Below the pieces are notes generated by a model. It ran no database searches, was not told where the DNA came from, and saw nothing but the letters and a program-made list of their open reading frames with translations. Shown in pieces: positions 39,068 to 55,297 of a DNA stretch of 64,000 nucleotides (position 1 is its first letter; each line of letters starts with the position of its first letter). Position numbers and translations under genes: made by a program. Origin of the DNA: Octopus vulgaris (taxonomy: Eukaryota); the NCBI GenBank assembly GCA_951406725.2, contig OX597822.1, positions 5,022,001-5,086,000 on the forward strand. The letters are read 5' to 3'.

Positions 39068-39574
39068 ATTTTGTGCATATATTTCAAAATACATGGTTAA
39101 TTAATTGCAATTAACAACAATTTAAAGTGAGAAATGATTAATGCATTATGTACCCATAAATTTTAACTATCTTCAAATGAAAAAAAAAAAAAGAAAGCTT
39201 ATATATGCAAAGAAAAATTCAAACAGTATGAAGTTGAGATTTAAGATAGCTATTTATGGGAATTGCATACTGCATGAAGCCATGGATCTATGAATGCCAA
39301 TATAAGAAGAGAAATGTTTTATACGAGTGGTTAATGAAATTAGAACATACAAATATACCAACATATAGTTATCTGTTAGAAGTTAATGAGGTAGCATCTC
39401 ATAGTGGTTAGATCTATAAGAAACAGCAGCCACATTCTCTACTATCTTAAAATAGGAAGGACAATGAGGCCCCGTATAAAGCTGGAATGCTTTTGATCAT
39501 AGGTTCGTTCAACCAGTTCTGACTTAGGCCTAAAAATAATAACTAGAATATATATAAATAAAAACATGCATATA

Positions 39575-39720
39575 TATAATAATAATGCTCAGGTGCAGCA
39601 CAATTTGTCAAAAGTGCGTATAAAGCATATGCAGTAATGTACAAATGTCTGGAAAGTGAACAGTGTACGAGTCAGATACATGCTTGCATGTGTATGGAGG
39701 GGAGAAAATCAGGTGTATAT
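39575..39720 (-). mobile_element. CR1-group LINE 3' UTR fragment
   Basis: Minus strand TACACCTGATT ... TGCACCTGAGCA(TTA)n shares both ends with 20454-20535 but has a longer middle. Confidence 0.7.
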
Positions 39721-39789
39721 ACCCACATACACACATAGTACATTTGGGTTAACACATGAGTCACAACAGTATATAATATGTTCAGTAGA

Positions 39790-39820
<31 letters not shown>

Positions 39821-39842
39821 CATATATACGTGTGTATATATA

Positions 39843-39875
<33 letters not shown>

Positions 39876-40449
39876 GTAAGCATGTAAGTTGTCTAAGAGT
39901 CCATAAGTCAGGAAAAAATGCACTCGTATATCTGTCAATAGAGTGGGTATATTATCCGAAGTGTACAGTGTTATATATCCATTTTAGCTGATCTTACAAA
40001 TCGGTTTGATGCTAGGGAAACTGTATATTAATTTTGAGGCTAAAAGTTCTTCATAAATTATTCTGTAACCTTGACTAGATAAAGCACAAGTAACTTTTGA
40101 AGGGTTTTCAACTTAAAAAAAATAATACATAATGTGTGCATGCATGTGCGAGAATGAAAGAAGGAGTGAAGGAGACAGTACCGTGTGTAGAGGAAGGACA
40201 ACATTTTTGAGCTATGAGGCCACCACTATACAGCTGGTAAAACTATGAATAGCAACAAGAGAATAGAAAACCTCCACCAAATTGGTAACTGTAAGTTATA
40301 AACTGGCAGCCTGAGAGAATGACATATTTGTTATCTCTCAACCTGTGGCCCGAGAGAGGACTGAATAAACAGGGGGTAGGGCGATGGTTTGTGGGAAAGG
40401 ATGTAATTGTTGTTTGCTGATCAATCTCTTATGTAGATATGTGTGTGTG

Positions 40450-40489
<40 letters not shown>

Positions 40490-40952
40490 CATATATACAT
40501 ACACACAAACATAAATATACAAACATGTATACATTGATAAATATATATATACTAAGACAAAATACGTACACACATAGTTCCACATTATTAATACAAATAT
40601 TTTTACATATATAATCATATATACACACATAGACGATTGATATACGCATATATGCACATAGACACAATTGATTTCAAGATATACGCACAAGTGCTATAAA
40701 CACAGACACACAAGCATGTGTGTGTGTGTGTGTGTCTATATATGATCATATATGCAAAAATATATGTATTATTGATGTGTGTATGTGTATCTAGGTGAGT
40801 CTATCTATATCTTTACATGAAAGATTGATCAGCACGTGTGCATGTGTGTGTGTAGACAGAAATAAAGAAAGAGAGATATATCAATCACACAAAGTACAAT
40901 TGATATATATATATGTATTGTGTGTGAGTATGTTATATATATATATGTAAAA

Positions 40953-41585
<633 letters not shown>

Positions 41586-42070
41586 AAAAATATAATACAC
41601 ACACAAGCACACATATCTAACATGAATAACATACAATAACAGATAAGAAGAAGAACAATGACAAAAACAACATCAAGCAAAAAGCAATGCAACACAGCCA
41701 TACAACACAAACATACACATGCATGCAACATACTCACACATCCACATAACAGCAAACCCATACCATATAGTCATACACATACACACACAGAGATCACACA
41801 TATTCGCACAACCAACATCCACGCCTACTTCTCTAATCTATAGAGTTGGCTAAAATAATCTACTGACAGATAAACTGGCTGCAATTGAAGAGATATCACC
41901 CTATTATGTAAGATAGAATCCCATTAAAATATTGCTTTATATTGGAAGCAACAGACAAACATTAAAACGGAAGTGTAGGAGAAAATGTCCGTTAAGACTA
42001 AAATATCAGAAAATCTCCAGAAGACAAAACAATTACTTTACAGCACTTTTGTGTATTTTTATTATTTCAA

Positions 42071-42106
<36 letters not shown>

Positions 42107-42132
42107 GTTGTTGTTGTTGTTGTTGTTACTAT

Positions 42133-42810
42133 GTGAGCTGGCAGAATTGAGCAGCTGAGAAAAAAAATGCCTTCTTCTTGGAATATTTTTTCTAGCTCTT
42201 CATATTGCAAGTTTAAATTCTACCTTTGTCAAATTTGCTTTGCAACTTTCTTGGGTTAATAAAATAAAACACCAGTCAAATACAGGAGCACATGTACTTA
42301 ACTGACACCCTCCTCCTTAAAATGCTGGCACTGTGCCAAAATTCAAGACAATTATGATTATTATTATTATTATTACCTTTATCATCTAAGGTGGCAAGTT
42401 GGCAGAATCGTTAGCAAGCTGGATGAAATGCTAAGTGGTATTTTGCCCATCACTAAGTTCTGAGTTCAAATTCTGCCAAGGTCAACTTTACCTTTCATCC
42501 TTTTGGAGGTCGATAAAATAAGTACCAGTTGAACCCTGGGGTCGATGTAATTGACTAATCTACTCCCCCAAAATTGCTGCCCTTGTGGCAAAATTTGAGA
42601 CCATAATTATTATCATAAAGGTGTCAAGCTATTAGAACCCCTAGATCAGATAAAATGCTTAGTGACTGAACCCTGCTGAGGTCATTCAGTTTGCCTTTCC
42701 TCCTTTTGAGTTCAATAAAATAAGTATCAGTTAAATACTGGGGCCAATGTAATTGACACACCCCACTCCCTAAAATTGCTGGCCTTGTACTAAAACAAAA
42801 ACAAAAAAAA
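42133..42810 (+). mobile_element. Array of three head-to-tail SINE family B copies
   Basis: Heads at about 42133, 42389 and 42618, each preceded by an ATT-rich tract. Confidence 0.8.
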
Positions 42811-45593
42811 TTATCATTATTATTGACTGTTCATGCAAACACAGACTGCTGTCAGAGCTTCTATAAAAACTGAATTTTTAACAAGATTATCTTATGAAGG
42901 AAAAGGTTTTTTGTTCTAATTTTCCTACCAGGTTTCTACTGCCAAAGAAAAAGAAGGAATGGGTAAGGTAAGCAAAAAAAAAAAAAAGTTCAGCTTTGCT
43001 CAAGAAATTTGCTCAAGAAAATATTGCAAAGGTGATACACCATTGACTTTCTTGAAGTGAGATGGAATCCTCAAAATCCCCCAAAGAAGAGTTGAAGCAG
43101 GCCCTGGTTGATATGTTGCAGAATGTGTTTCCCCAACAAAAGCAGGGCATATGGAAGTGTGTCACAGATAGCTTACAATAGAAGTTGAGATAAGAAGAGA
43201 GATACAGGCTCATGTGCTACATGCCACGGGCAAATGTTGCAGTACATGGGGAAAAAAGATAAAAGACAGCTAGAGAACCAGAACTGCCCCTTGTTTTTCA
43301 TATGTCAGATCAGCAGTAAAATATGGGCAGGTAGTGACCTGCAACAATATGTGGCCAAGTGGTGTTTGAATGGATGACAGGGAGTGGATGGCCTTCAAGG
43401 AGCAGTTCCACTTTATTGTCTTGCAGTAATGAGCAGGAGATGGACTCTGTAGAACAGGGTGAAGAAAGAAAGAAAGAAAGAAAGCAGCAAAAGAAAATAA
43501 AGGATCTCAGACCAAAAAAAAAGCAAATTACTGACAGTTCTCTGTAGCAGGACATCTGTTTACCTGCAACGCCTCACCTTCATGGTTTTACAAGACAGCA
43601 ATTAGAAGCAGATAAAGCTGTTGAATGATCTGAAGGTGAACAAGAAATATACTGTGCTGATTGAAGAGAAAATGTACACTCACTCCAAAACTATTGGTGA
43701 AGATTTACTGATAGTCTATCAACAGTTAAAGAATGTATGAGTTCTTGTAGTTCAGCCAACCAAAGATAGTCACAGACAAGTTTTCAGAATTTAGTTTCCA
43801 GAAAGTGACCAGTGTGGAAACATCCAATTTTTGTGTGGATGGGTTCCTCTAATTTGTTTTGTGTACTAAATTTTCAACAAGTTTTAATATAGAGTATTAT
43901 ATTTTTGCTCCAACTCTCATCTATCACATATACTATCGTAAGGGGAATGATCTGGAAGTAGAATCACCAACTGAACCATGTTAGGACACTAAATTTAGAT
44001 GTAGTAGCTACAAACAAGATCAGTCGTCTATACTCTCTGGAATATTGGTAAAATGAAATCTAAGGGAACATTTTAAGGTATATGATTTTGGAATGTCATT
44101 ATCAGCACCAAGTTGATGAACACTGCCCTAAAGCCATTTGGTTTTTGTTTTATTAGAAAATGAATTAAAGAAATTTTAGAAAGACAAATAATTATACAAT
44201 AACAACAAGACATTAAAGTTGAAACATGAGAGTAGCAAGATGAAATAAAAATAAAAGATAAATCAAAAATAAAAGGAAAAAATATATGCAGTAAAAAAAT
44301 TCTAATACAGCATGCATCAACAATCTTGAGGGTTGACCTGGGGCTAAACAACAAAACAACAGAGCTAGAAAGGTTTGTATTTGTTTTTGTACATTTTTAT
44401 CTGTTGTGAGTGCTTCAGGCAAGGAGAATGAGTGACTTAAAAATTTTCTGAAAGAAGAAGATTCAGAAAAGGAGAATGAGATAAATTCTGGTTTATTTTG
44501 CACTTGAAAATGCTCAGGGGAAGGATGGATGGATGGTGGTGGTAAAGGGGTGGATAGGCCCATAAGTTGTTAGTGAAATTCAGAATGCTGCAGTTAAATA
44601 AAACTGTGTGCAAACTGCTAAGAGAAGAGGACAAACACTAAAATGAAAAGAGTGAGAAAGAGAGCACAACTCAGTCAAAGAGTGAGTACTAAAGAGCTAC
44701 AGTGAGAGAGAATCCTATATACATAGAGCCAGCCAAGTGTAAGAGACTGTGAGTGTATTTATATGAATGGAGATGCATAGGAAGGGTAGAGAATGGTGGT
44801 GTCTAGTGATATAGCAAGTTCCAAGTAGATGTGGTTTTGGAAAAGAAAAGAATAAAAGCAGAGAGAGAGAGGGAGCGAGGAAAAGATGGAACATTAATGA
44901 AGTTGATGAGTTAAGTAAAAATGGTTAAATGGAGAGAGAGACATGCCAAGGAGTGAGTTTGAGTTTCATACATTTCAAAGAAAGAAACAATTACATATAA
45001 TAGTCAATTGAGACAAGAGGAAGAATAACATTTAACATAGCAGGAAGTGTAAAGAAATGTCAAGTAGTTAAGTTTGAGTCAGTGAGATCTGACATCAGTC
45101 AATCTAATAGAGAAGAAGCCAAGGAAACAGTTATCGGAGGATGCTAAACAGCCATAGCAAGGGTTAGAGATTGTTGGGGTGTGATTAAAAGTAAGTGTTA
45201 CCTAAAGATATAATATAACACCTCTAGCACAATACAGATATTAAAAACTTAATGCTATGATTTCTAAATTCTTATATGTTGTAGCCATTGCATTTCAGAA
45301 TATTTCTTTGTTTTTACAAGACATTTACAGAAGAAATGATTGCAAAGTGGAAAGCTATAGAAAACTCTTCTTCACTCATGCTTCCTTCTCCTCTTCTGTG
45401 TATGCAGCATATGAATATGTGCATACATATACATATACAACATCCACCCATTCCCACATATATTGATTTCTTTCCTAGGCACAAGGTTACAAATTTGCAG
45501 GAAGGGAACAGCCAGTTATATCATACCTGTACCTGATAGACACAGAATATACTTACATAAGCATTCATACATACCTGCACATATTTTAATGCA

Positions 45594-45629
<36 letters not shown>

Positions 45630-46316
45630 GGAGAATTTGATTTGGGGTTTGAAAATGCACCTGAATTTGGAAAAAGTGTTGCTGTTTTTAAATAGGGAAT
45701 ACACTTCTTGTTTCCATGTATATGCATTTGTGTGTGTATGTTTTTAACATCCACTTTTCCATACGTACATAGTTCAGATGGAATTGGTTGAGGGAGGTTT
45801 TCTCCAGCTGGATCCCACCAACCCGCTGCTAATCTTCACATATTTCCATATAAAGAAATAATTCCCATGCCCATTCATCTTTTCACAGGAGATTGGACAT
45901 GAAAGATGGTAACATTCACCTCAATTGTTGAACAATGGTGAGACAAGGAAATACAAATGTGAGCAAGCACACACAAGGCTTCTGTTAGTTTCCACTTGAT
46001 TGGTTTTAGACTATAGTAGAAGACACTTGGCCAAAATTCCATGCAGCAGAACTGAACCCAAAACCATGTAGTTGGGAAGCGGTACCTGCATATATGCATA
46101 TGCATGAATACTAGTGGTGAATTTGGCATTACCGCAGCTAAATTACTCTAAGTCATATTATCAGTTTGTACCAGTGAGTGTGTGTGTGTGTGCGTTTGTG
46201 TGTGTGCGCGTGCGTGTGTGAGACAGAGAGACAGACAGAGCCAGAAAGTGTGATATATGTACATAGATGTATTCTCCATGAAATGTATATATTCATATGT
46301 GATCATATAATAGCAT

Positions 46317-46348
<32 letters not shown>

Positions 46349-49300
46349 ATTTCATTGTTGCTGACTGCACACATACAGTAAAGTACGAGCAAATAGTACA
46401 TGGAATGATGTTACTTGAAACATAAATATACAATCATCAAACAATAATGGTGAATGGCATCTATAGTAGAACTGCAGCTGGTTGGCTGACATATAGAACT
46501 GAAACACACATGAATAGGAATTGTAACACAGTGAGTCTGCTGAAAGCTACCAACACAGTCCATGCTAGTCGTTACAGAGCAGACAATGTAAAACTACTTA
46601 CATATTGAATGACTCATTACAGATGCCACATATATAAATGGAAAATAAACAGAAAGACAAGACCAAAGACATAATATGCTTAATGAAAAAGTTGAAGTTA
46701 AAGTCTGCAAAGGTGTTTAATAAGGAGTCCATTTACCATTTGCAGTTTACTGTGGCACTTTCTTCATGGAATAGCAGACTTGGAGATCAGATATTCCTAT
46801 GAAGTTCTAATATAAGTAAAATGTATTCGTTCTTCTGGATGAAAATATATATGGGAAAAAAAAATCAATAGAAAAACTGCAAAAGCTGCTGGACATTAAA
46901 GAGCTAAAATACCATGTGATAAACCTTCTATGGCTGCTGGCAATACACATAATGGCCACTACACACAGCTAGTTTCACTGTAAATCAAATGCTCAATGAG
47001 ATATGGAAGAGAGGAATGGAAGGGAAGGTACGAAGTAAGATTAAATGTGCATATATAAATGTAGAACATGAATGGCTGTGTCAATAAAGTAAAAAGGCAA
47101 TGAGCTGAGACTTCAATGGTTTGCATCTTGCTACTCAGGAGTGTTGAAACAGTGACCAATTCAAATTTGTATGACCCAGTCCACCAAGCTATAAACAGAG
47201 GTCACAGGGCAGGAACAACCTATTATTGTAAGCAGCTATACCAGTTGAAAATTGAAGTGTGTTCCTAACTCCTGCTTGGGGTGGAGGATGGGGGTAGCTT
47301 GTAGGATTAAGCTGTCAATACCCAAAAACAGTGTCTTTGTTATGCCTTTTATGACTCAAAAGCTACTCAACATCATATAACATGCATGTATTTACCTGCA
47401 TGAATACATGTATGTTCAGGGAATATATAATTGCACATAGGTATGTTAAGAGGATAACCTATGTGTACTTTTAAAGAGGGAACTGACTCAGTTGTCCTAA
47501 TATTTGACTATCTACTTTTAGGTTAACTGTTCATTCGTCATTGATTTCATTTTAACTCTTAATTCTATGTCCTGTAGATTGTTTGGCTGATTAAGCAGTG
47601 GATCACTGGGGCATGACTGATCACTTTATTTTTCTTCCTGTCATGTTGAGGGTGAGTTAACCAGGCAGAAGCTATTTATGTCATAGCTAAATCCACATTA
47701 AGATTTCAATTCAACACAGCAAGTTAATGAACCATAGTCAATTACAGAGTGATCTCACTGTTTACTTTCTATACATGGTATCTATACAAAAACAGGCAGA
47801 CTATGCTGTTGTTTTCACTGTGGATGCAATGAAATTATTTTATGCAGTCTACACATTCAACTCTTTGGCCCATATCTAGAAGTCTTTTGGTAAAATCACA
47901 TTAATAAAGTAACAAATGAGCACGGGGATTTTAGGGTCCAACATTCTGTAAGATCACCAGGAGAGAGAGAGAAAAACCCCTTAGGTTTTGTTAAATCATG
48001 TCACTGAGAGAAGACACTACTGTATTAACTATACCAATGGTATAATTGGGGTGGGCAGCCTCAAAAAGGAACTGGATGAGGAGAAAGATAACTAAGAACG
48101 TTAACTTGTGAAGGAGCAAAACTCAGCTAATTGAGTCAAGCCTGACAATAGTCAAAGAAGAAAACATGGAACCCATCAACACTGACCATATTTAAAAAGA
48201 ACCTGAAAATGCAGTCAATATGTTGTGTCTGAAGACCCATGATGCTTAGCCCCCAAGGAAGGGGGATATTTATTGATTCACTGGTGGTGGGCAGAAGCGA
48301 AAACTGAAATTGACCCAAAATACAAATGACATTCAAACCTTCATTTCAAAAGAAGTTAAGGGAAGCAGCTCCTTTAGATGTGTCCTTAACTTATCCTCCC
48401 CAACAAACATATATCTTAGTTTCAGCCTTTAAGTATTTTATACACATCAATTTACAGATTATGAGATGTATAAAATGGGAAGTAGTGACAAATATAATTA
48501 TCTTTAATGGTTATTAATATTTTTCCGTTTTGTTCCTTCATCCCTCTCCTCCCTTCAGTCTCTCTCAACAAAGTCTGTGTGCTCTTGACCAAGGAGGAGG
48601 GCAAATCATAGCCTTACACAACCAATAATATAAATTGATCTAGCAGACCAAGAGAACATTATGATACAAACAATCAGCTTATCTTATGACACCACCCCAT
48701 CAACCCACCATGACCACTAGTCTTTCAACTGATAATATTTCCAGTGCCCAAAACTAACACCATCACCACCAACACTTCAAATGCTTGATGAATACTTTAT
48801 CAATATTAAATCAATTTCAAAAGCTAAATAGAGTAACAACACACACACACTAAAAAGAAAGAAAAGGACCAGAAACATTTTAGTTCTAGCACAGTGATTA
48901 ATTGGAATAGATCCAAAACCATAACTTTTATTTTTCCTCCACCCACTACCAGAAAAGAAAAAAAAAATCATAGAATTTAGTGGTAAGAGACTGGAGATAA
49001 CAAAAGGCAAAAAAGAAGATAGCAAACAAATAAAAAAAAAAGGAAATCAATGATAAAAGAATATATTTTTTTAAACACAAGTTTGAATTTGTTTAACCCT
49101 ACCACACAACTCATTTCCAAATCATTGGTCTGTTTCAGATATAAGATTTTGTAGCATCAAGAATATTTCAGTTAAGTCCTTTAGTTTCTTTTTCAATATG
49201 TTATCCTGATCATCTCTTCCTTTTTTTTTTTTTTTGTGCTCCATTAAATCTTGAAAAGATCTTTTTTTTTTAATGTTTTCAAATTCCATCAAGGTTTAGC

Positions 49301-51484
49301 CACATCTTATTACTATTTGTACAACTAGATGTATCTGAAGCAATGCAATCAGTATATGTTGTGTTGAGTTGTTTCAGAAAAATTCAAAGATCATTAGAAG
49401 AAATTACCTTGACAAGTAATTATCTTTCTGACCGTGAACGTGAAACATCAAGTACACTAGATATGACAGCCGATGGATACCAAGACAACGACACAACTAT
49501 GAAGATGAAGAAACATGAAGAACAGATAATGAGGAAAGCAAAATTCCTGGAAGTAGTTGAAGACTTAGCTTAGTATGGCAACATCAACTGGAAATGGAGT
49601 TGCAGAGATGGTAGAATTAAGAGTGATTTAAACCATAAATTTTAAACTGTTTTAGAAAAGAAACCAAATAGAATTGGTTAAAAAGTAGTGAGATAGAATA
49701 TAACCAATCAGAGACTTAATGGTTCATATCTTGCCAGGGGCACAGCATTACATAAAATGACAGGACAGTTTCATTGAGTTCCCAACAGTATCTAGCAGCA
49801 TTGTAAAATTGAAGAGCAGTTTATTAACTTGGTAGTTCTGAGACCAATTCCTGTAGTAAGTATGGTTAACCAAGTATAACAGCAGTAGTTATAGTCTCTG
49901 ACCTTCAGAAGCCAGAACAGATTTGAGATCTCAGTCTTATAAGGAAAGCAAAATCTCAAGCTGATTGAGTTGACATAAAACTGGCCAACCAATCAAACAT
50001 TGTTTCTCTTTGTATTACATGCTGTTAAGCCTACCAGCCAGGCATTCTTTCAATTTGTGGCACATGACACTGGCTTGCCAACCAGATATTAGTTCTTCTT
50101 GTATCAATCAGATCCTGCCTTTTTGTGTGACGGCCATTTCATTCCCAATGACTCAATTCAACTAACAGTAAATAGGTACTATGTGGATGTATAAAACACT
50201 GCTGTAAATAGTAGGGCTACTGTGTAATTGACAAGTTTTATGCTTGCTAGCAGGATCAAGCTCAACCTCTTATTGTGGATTGGTCGGAAGAAGGTTGGGC
50301 TTCAATATAGCTAATCCAAATCACTGAAGACTGGGTTTTGGGTTTTAAGAGGTAGAGTCATTTTTGCTATTTAACCCTTTAGCATTCAGACTACTCTGCC
50401 AAATGGTGACCCTTATTTATTCACATTGTTTTGAATTAGTGATAACTCATAGTTTTGAGATTTGGATGATGTGATTGTTTGTTTTAGAATGACATTGTAG
50501 AGTAGGTGTGAGTGGCCGGATCTGGTCAGTTTGAACACAAAATAGAATATTTTGGCCAGATATGGCAGGTTTAAATGCTAATGGATTCAGCATGTCAATA
50601 TATAACATAATTATTTTATGTGTTAATCAGTTGTGTGTGTGTGTGTGTGTGTAGTTTATGTTGAACTTGAACTCATAGATGTAAGAACTTTACAAGTGTT
50701 TTGTCTCCTTTCTATTCAATTCCTCTTTGTTTTCCTTCTATCATCATCATCATCATCCACACCACCAACATATTTATATATATTATATATTTATTTATCT
50801 ACTTAAATTATTAACTATTTTTATTAATAGTCGTTAGTAAAAGTATTTCATCTTCTATTTTCCTTCTCTTGTAGAGGCTAGCATTGTATCTTTAGAAATG
50901 TCATTCACCGCGTATTTATAAACTCTCTCAAAATATATTTGAAATATATGGTCATAGGAAAAGTCTATTGATATTAGATTCTTGCTAAGTTGATGATGTA
51001 TTTAACCATTATGGTATACGATAACAGCTTGTGTGAGTGTGTGGAGGGGAATGAGGGGGTTGGAGTCAATTTATCAAAAACAGTTGCTCAAAAATGAAAC
51101 AACTGATTTCTGCAGCAGTTGCTTCAATCAACAATTAATTGCAGCTATTTGAAAAACAGGAAATAGGTTAAAGGGAAAAAAAGGTTATATATGTCATAGT
51201 TTATTAAAATATATTTTTTATTGCTACGTTAGACTATAAACTAACATTATGAGCAATTGTGGACACATGCATATATGTATGTATACATGTATACATGAGT
51301 GTGAGTATGTATCTATGCATTGTGTGGAACAGTTGTATGAAGTAGAAACATAAAAATGAAGTAGAAGTTTCAATAATTCTTCACAAAGTATTTATTACTT
51401 ACAAGATGAACATCAAACACAGTTGTCTGATGGAGTAACAGAAAAGGGAAAAGAAAATTCTTTTGATAATATAATGTTTAGTTC

Positions 51485-51650
51485 TTAGCAGTGAAGACTT
51501 CTGGTATTCTCGGTCCACAGACCATTTCCCTGCTTACTGCTACTGGGGTGGAGATGGCTAATCCGCAAGTGTGAGTCCCACGAGTCAGAGTGGCTGTTCC
51601 AGCACATCTCCCTCAACATCCTCCGAGGCAATGCCTTTTCCATTTGGTTT
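51485..51650 (+). pseudogene. CRE-like (restriction-like endonuclease) LINE C-terminal remnant
   Basis: LAVKTSGILGPQTISLL, then after a frameshift HESEWLFQHISLNILRGNAFSI, matching the AVETxGxxGP ... LFQRxSxxxxRGNA terminus. Confidence 0.6.
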
Positions 51651-52928
51651 GTTGTGACTATGAGGCCGTCTGACTCACAGGAAATCAAGAGAATGTAAGA
51701 ATGTCTTAGCTTACTTCATGAACAATAAACCTATACAACTCCTCTTCATTATATAAAGATAAAAGCTAAGTGAAGATGTTTACTAGGTCTAGTTGTGATG
51801 ACCAACAGCTGATTGCTGAAAGGTTGCTGAGATGCTGTTGATTACGTTGAAACCCGTGTTGGGAGGACATTCCTTTCTTTTTGCTTGTTTTGGTGAGGGA
51901 TTAATATGGGTTTTGATTAGTTGCTCTCAACAACGATGACTGGATCTTCTGATCATCTCATCAACTTACTTTTTTTTTTCTCTTTACTTGTTTCAGTCAT
52001 TTGACTGTGGCTATGCTGGAGCACCACCTTAAAGGTTTTGTTTTAATCAAAGAAACTGACTCCAGAACTTATTCTTTATAAGCCTAGTACTTATTCTATC
52101 AGTCTCTTTTGACAAACTGCTAAGTTACAGGGACATAAACACACCAACATTGGTTGTCAAGCGATGGTGGGGGACAAACACACACACACACACACACACA
52201 TACATTGTGCTTTCAGAATCTTCATTTCACCAAGATGGGTAAGTTTTCTTGAGAAATGCATATCATCTGTCATCTTTATCAAGAGTTTCAAGGTCTCATG
52301 TTTTCTTCAGTATCCATGCTCAATTTGCATTATGAGATAAGCACTTTCTTGTACAGCGACCCCCATTCATATGCATCACATGTCCATATCACCATATCGT
52401 TTTCTTTCTTGTACATGACATTTGATTCCTCCTACACCTAGTTTTCTCTCAATGCATTTGTATTTTGTCATTGATGCATTCAAGGACCATGTCCCACAAC
52501 CATGCAGCAGCACAGTTCTAACACATATGCTATACAATCTGCCCTTTAATCAGAGGGAAAAGACCTTTGTTTTCATCAATGGTTGTAGCTCTCTGAACTT
52601 TTACCAACCTATTCTTACTCTGGCTACTAAATTTTGGAACAACTACATCTGTTAATTATATCTCTCAGATAACAAAACCTACTTCTTCTAGTGATCAGTA
52701 CTGGTATACTCAAAGTATGTACTGCTCCAGTGCATCACATATGAAGCTTAGTTTCATTGTAAGGCTGCCTGTGATCCCACTATATCAAGTGTGTCCATAG
52801 CTTATATTGGGTAGAGCTTAAGGAGTTTATACCTGCCCCTTTCCTGCACATTGAGCAAGGCCATTTCTTGGAAGATACCAGGAGTCCAGCAGTCTTTTTT
52901 CTAAAACATTAGACATGCACAAAGTCAT

Positions 52929-52972
<44 letters not shown>

Positions 52973-55297
52973 GTATGAATGTATTCATTTGAAACTAATG
53001 CTATACTCTTTTGCTACTCAGGATTCATTGCTATTTATAATGTTTCAGTTACAGGATCGTGGAATAAAGTCACAAGATATCAAATTGTTTGATTTTCATT
53101 GGCTGCCAGATGCCTTTATCATTCGACCAAACTAACAACCAATGAAAATCGAAAAATTCTCCTTACCCATGTTTTTAGTGTATAAATCTTCAACTAAGCT
53201 CCTTCATTTATCCTCTTGTCACTGAAAGATTATACATGGTGGGGAACTCTGATAAATGGAGTGAAACATCAGTTTTGAATGAATAAATAAACTGTATTAC
53301 ATGTACTGAATACTTTTTTTCTCATTTCTTTACTCACAAATAAGTATGTATATGTGTGTGTATATATATGTGTGTGTGTGTGTGTATATATATATGGGAA
53401 AGAGAGAGAGACACACACACGCACACCAACAGTATCATTATTTCATATATGCTTTTCCATGGTTGTATGTTGGACTGTAGTTTTGATCTATAATGATTTG
53501 GAAAAAAAAATTAGTAATAATATGAATACACAATGTTCTACATTCTAACCACTAGATATTTGATGTACATATAATTTCTCCTTGTTCAATTGCATAACAA
53601 ACACAAAAGTTGTCATTTCTATGCTGTTGGGAAATTAATAAAATTTAAAGCCATAAACATGAATCCATTAATAAATTTTTAAAAAAATAGATTTAAAAAA
53701 AACAACTTCAGTAATATATATTTCTGAAGAGGCATAGCACAGCTACTATGAAGACAAATGAAAGCTCAACTGTTTGACATTAAAAGACCTTGTTTCATGA
53801 TACAAAATGATGATATCTTTGTAGCACATTTTGTTTGTAAATGGTAAATGGCAAGGCAAATAGAAAGGAAAACTTGAAATAAACAATCTTATATGCTGCA
53901 AAATACAGAACAACTCAAGAAAGGAGCCTCTATATGTTTGCTTGACTTGCTAGAAATAGCATCAAAATCTCTCTGAAGTCACAGACTGGCATTAAAATGT
54001 ACTTTGGATAATATAGCTCTATGCTTGGAAAAAAAAAAGGGAGTCATGACTTTACTTTTGCTCACAGGTTTTATTGATCAAGACATCATCAAACCCAGAC
54101 CTGGTATTAAAGTAACATCAAGAATTTCACTCTCCTAGTGTCTGATTTAGTAAAAATTGTTGGCCTTGCTGGCCTATCTTAGCCATTCCTGACAAATTGT
54201 TGGCTCAACTAAATAAACTGCTTACTGACCCAATCTTCAATGCATTCTGAGACCATAGTGAGGAAGAAGAGATAAGAATATTGCTTCTCGGCACCTACAT
54301 GAACTTAAATGCATAAGGAAAAGTACATACACCTTTTCAAAAGAAAAAGCACCATTGACAACATATACTATGAGACTGACATGTAATGCAAGAATAGTCT
54401 TGAAGTTCTCTGTAGCAGTATCATGTGAAATAAAGTATCTTGATCAAGGACACAATGCACTGCTGGGAATTGAATTCATGACCTTACGATATTGAGCTAA
54501 ATGTCCTAACTACTCAGCCACACACACATACACACACTCTTACATATATTCTTTTACTTGTTTCAGTCATTTGACTGCAGCCATGCTGGAGCACCACCTT
54601 ATAGAGTTTTCAGTTGAAGAAATCAACCCCAGGACATATTCTTTGTAAGCCTAGTACTTATTCTATCAATCACTTTTGCCGAACTGCTAAGTTACAGGGA
54701 CATAAACACACGATTGTCAAGCAATGGCAGTGAGGACAAACACACACACACACACACACACATATACAATGAGCATCTTTCAGTTTCCATTCATCAAATC
54801 CACTCACAAGTTTTTGGTTGGCCTGACGCTATAGTAGAAGTCACTTGCCTAAGGTGCCAGGCAGTGGAACTGAACCCAGAATCACATGGCTGGGAAACAA
54901 GCTTCTTACCATATAGCCATGCTTGTAGAATATAGGAGTAGAATCTTTTCTTTTAAACATACACTATTGAAAGCATGTCTGTGTTATGTTTGAGTTCTAA
55001 CATTTTATTCATGGTTTTTCATAATTCTTTATGTTTTGTTTGGGACAATAAATTTTCCAAGTCCATCGACATTTGAAGACATTTTTGGGCTCATCTTTCT
55101 GGATGAAATGATTTTCGTGGAAGTTGCTTTCATTGTATGCAAGAATCAAGAGAATGATGCTACTGTATCTGCTTTTAATTTGTTATGGACCTTTAAAAGT
55201 TTTTCTCACCTTTGATGTTAGATTTCTTTCAGCAGTGAGGAAATACTTTGGCTGTGGCATTTGATGTCGGTGTGTGGCTAGAGTATACTGCTCTATG

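Noticed and set aside
43000-43850. Coding-like, less AT-rich stretch with short ORFs
   Set aside because: No sustained frame, splice pair or recognisable motif; probably an old element that I cannot classify.
49340-50340. Possible decayed LINE (SDLQKP...KLIELT resembling a restriction-like endonuclease)
   Set aside because: Similarity too fragmentary to support a call without a profile search.
53088-53155. Inverted CCAAT-containing 12-mer pair (GATTTTCATTGG / CCAATGAAAATC) as a promoter
   Set aside because: No linked transcription start, exon or other promoter evidence.
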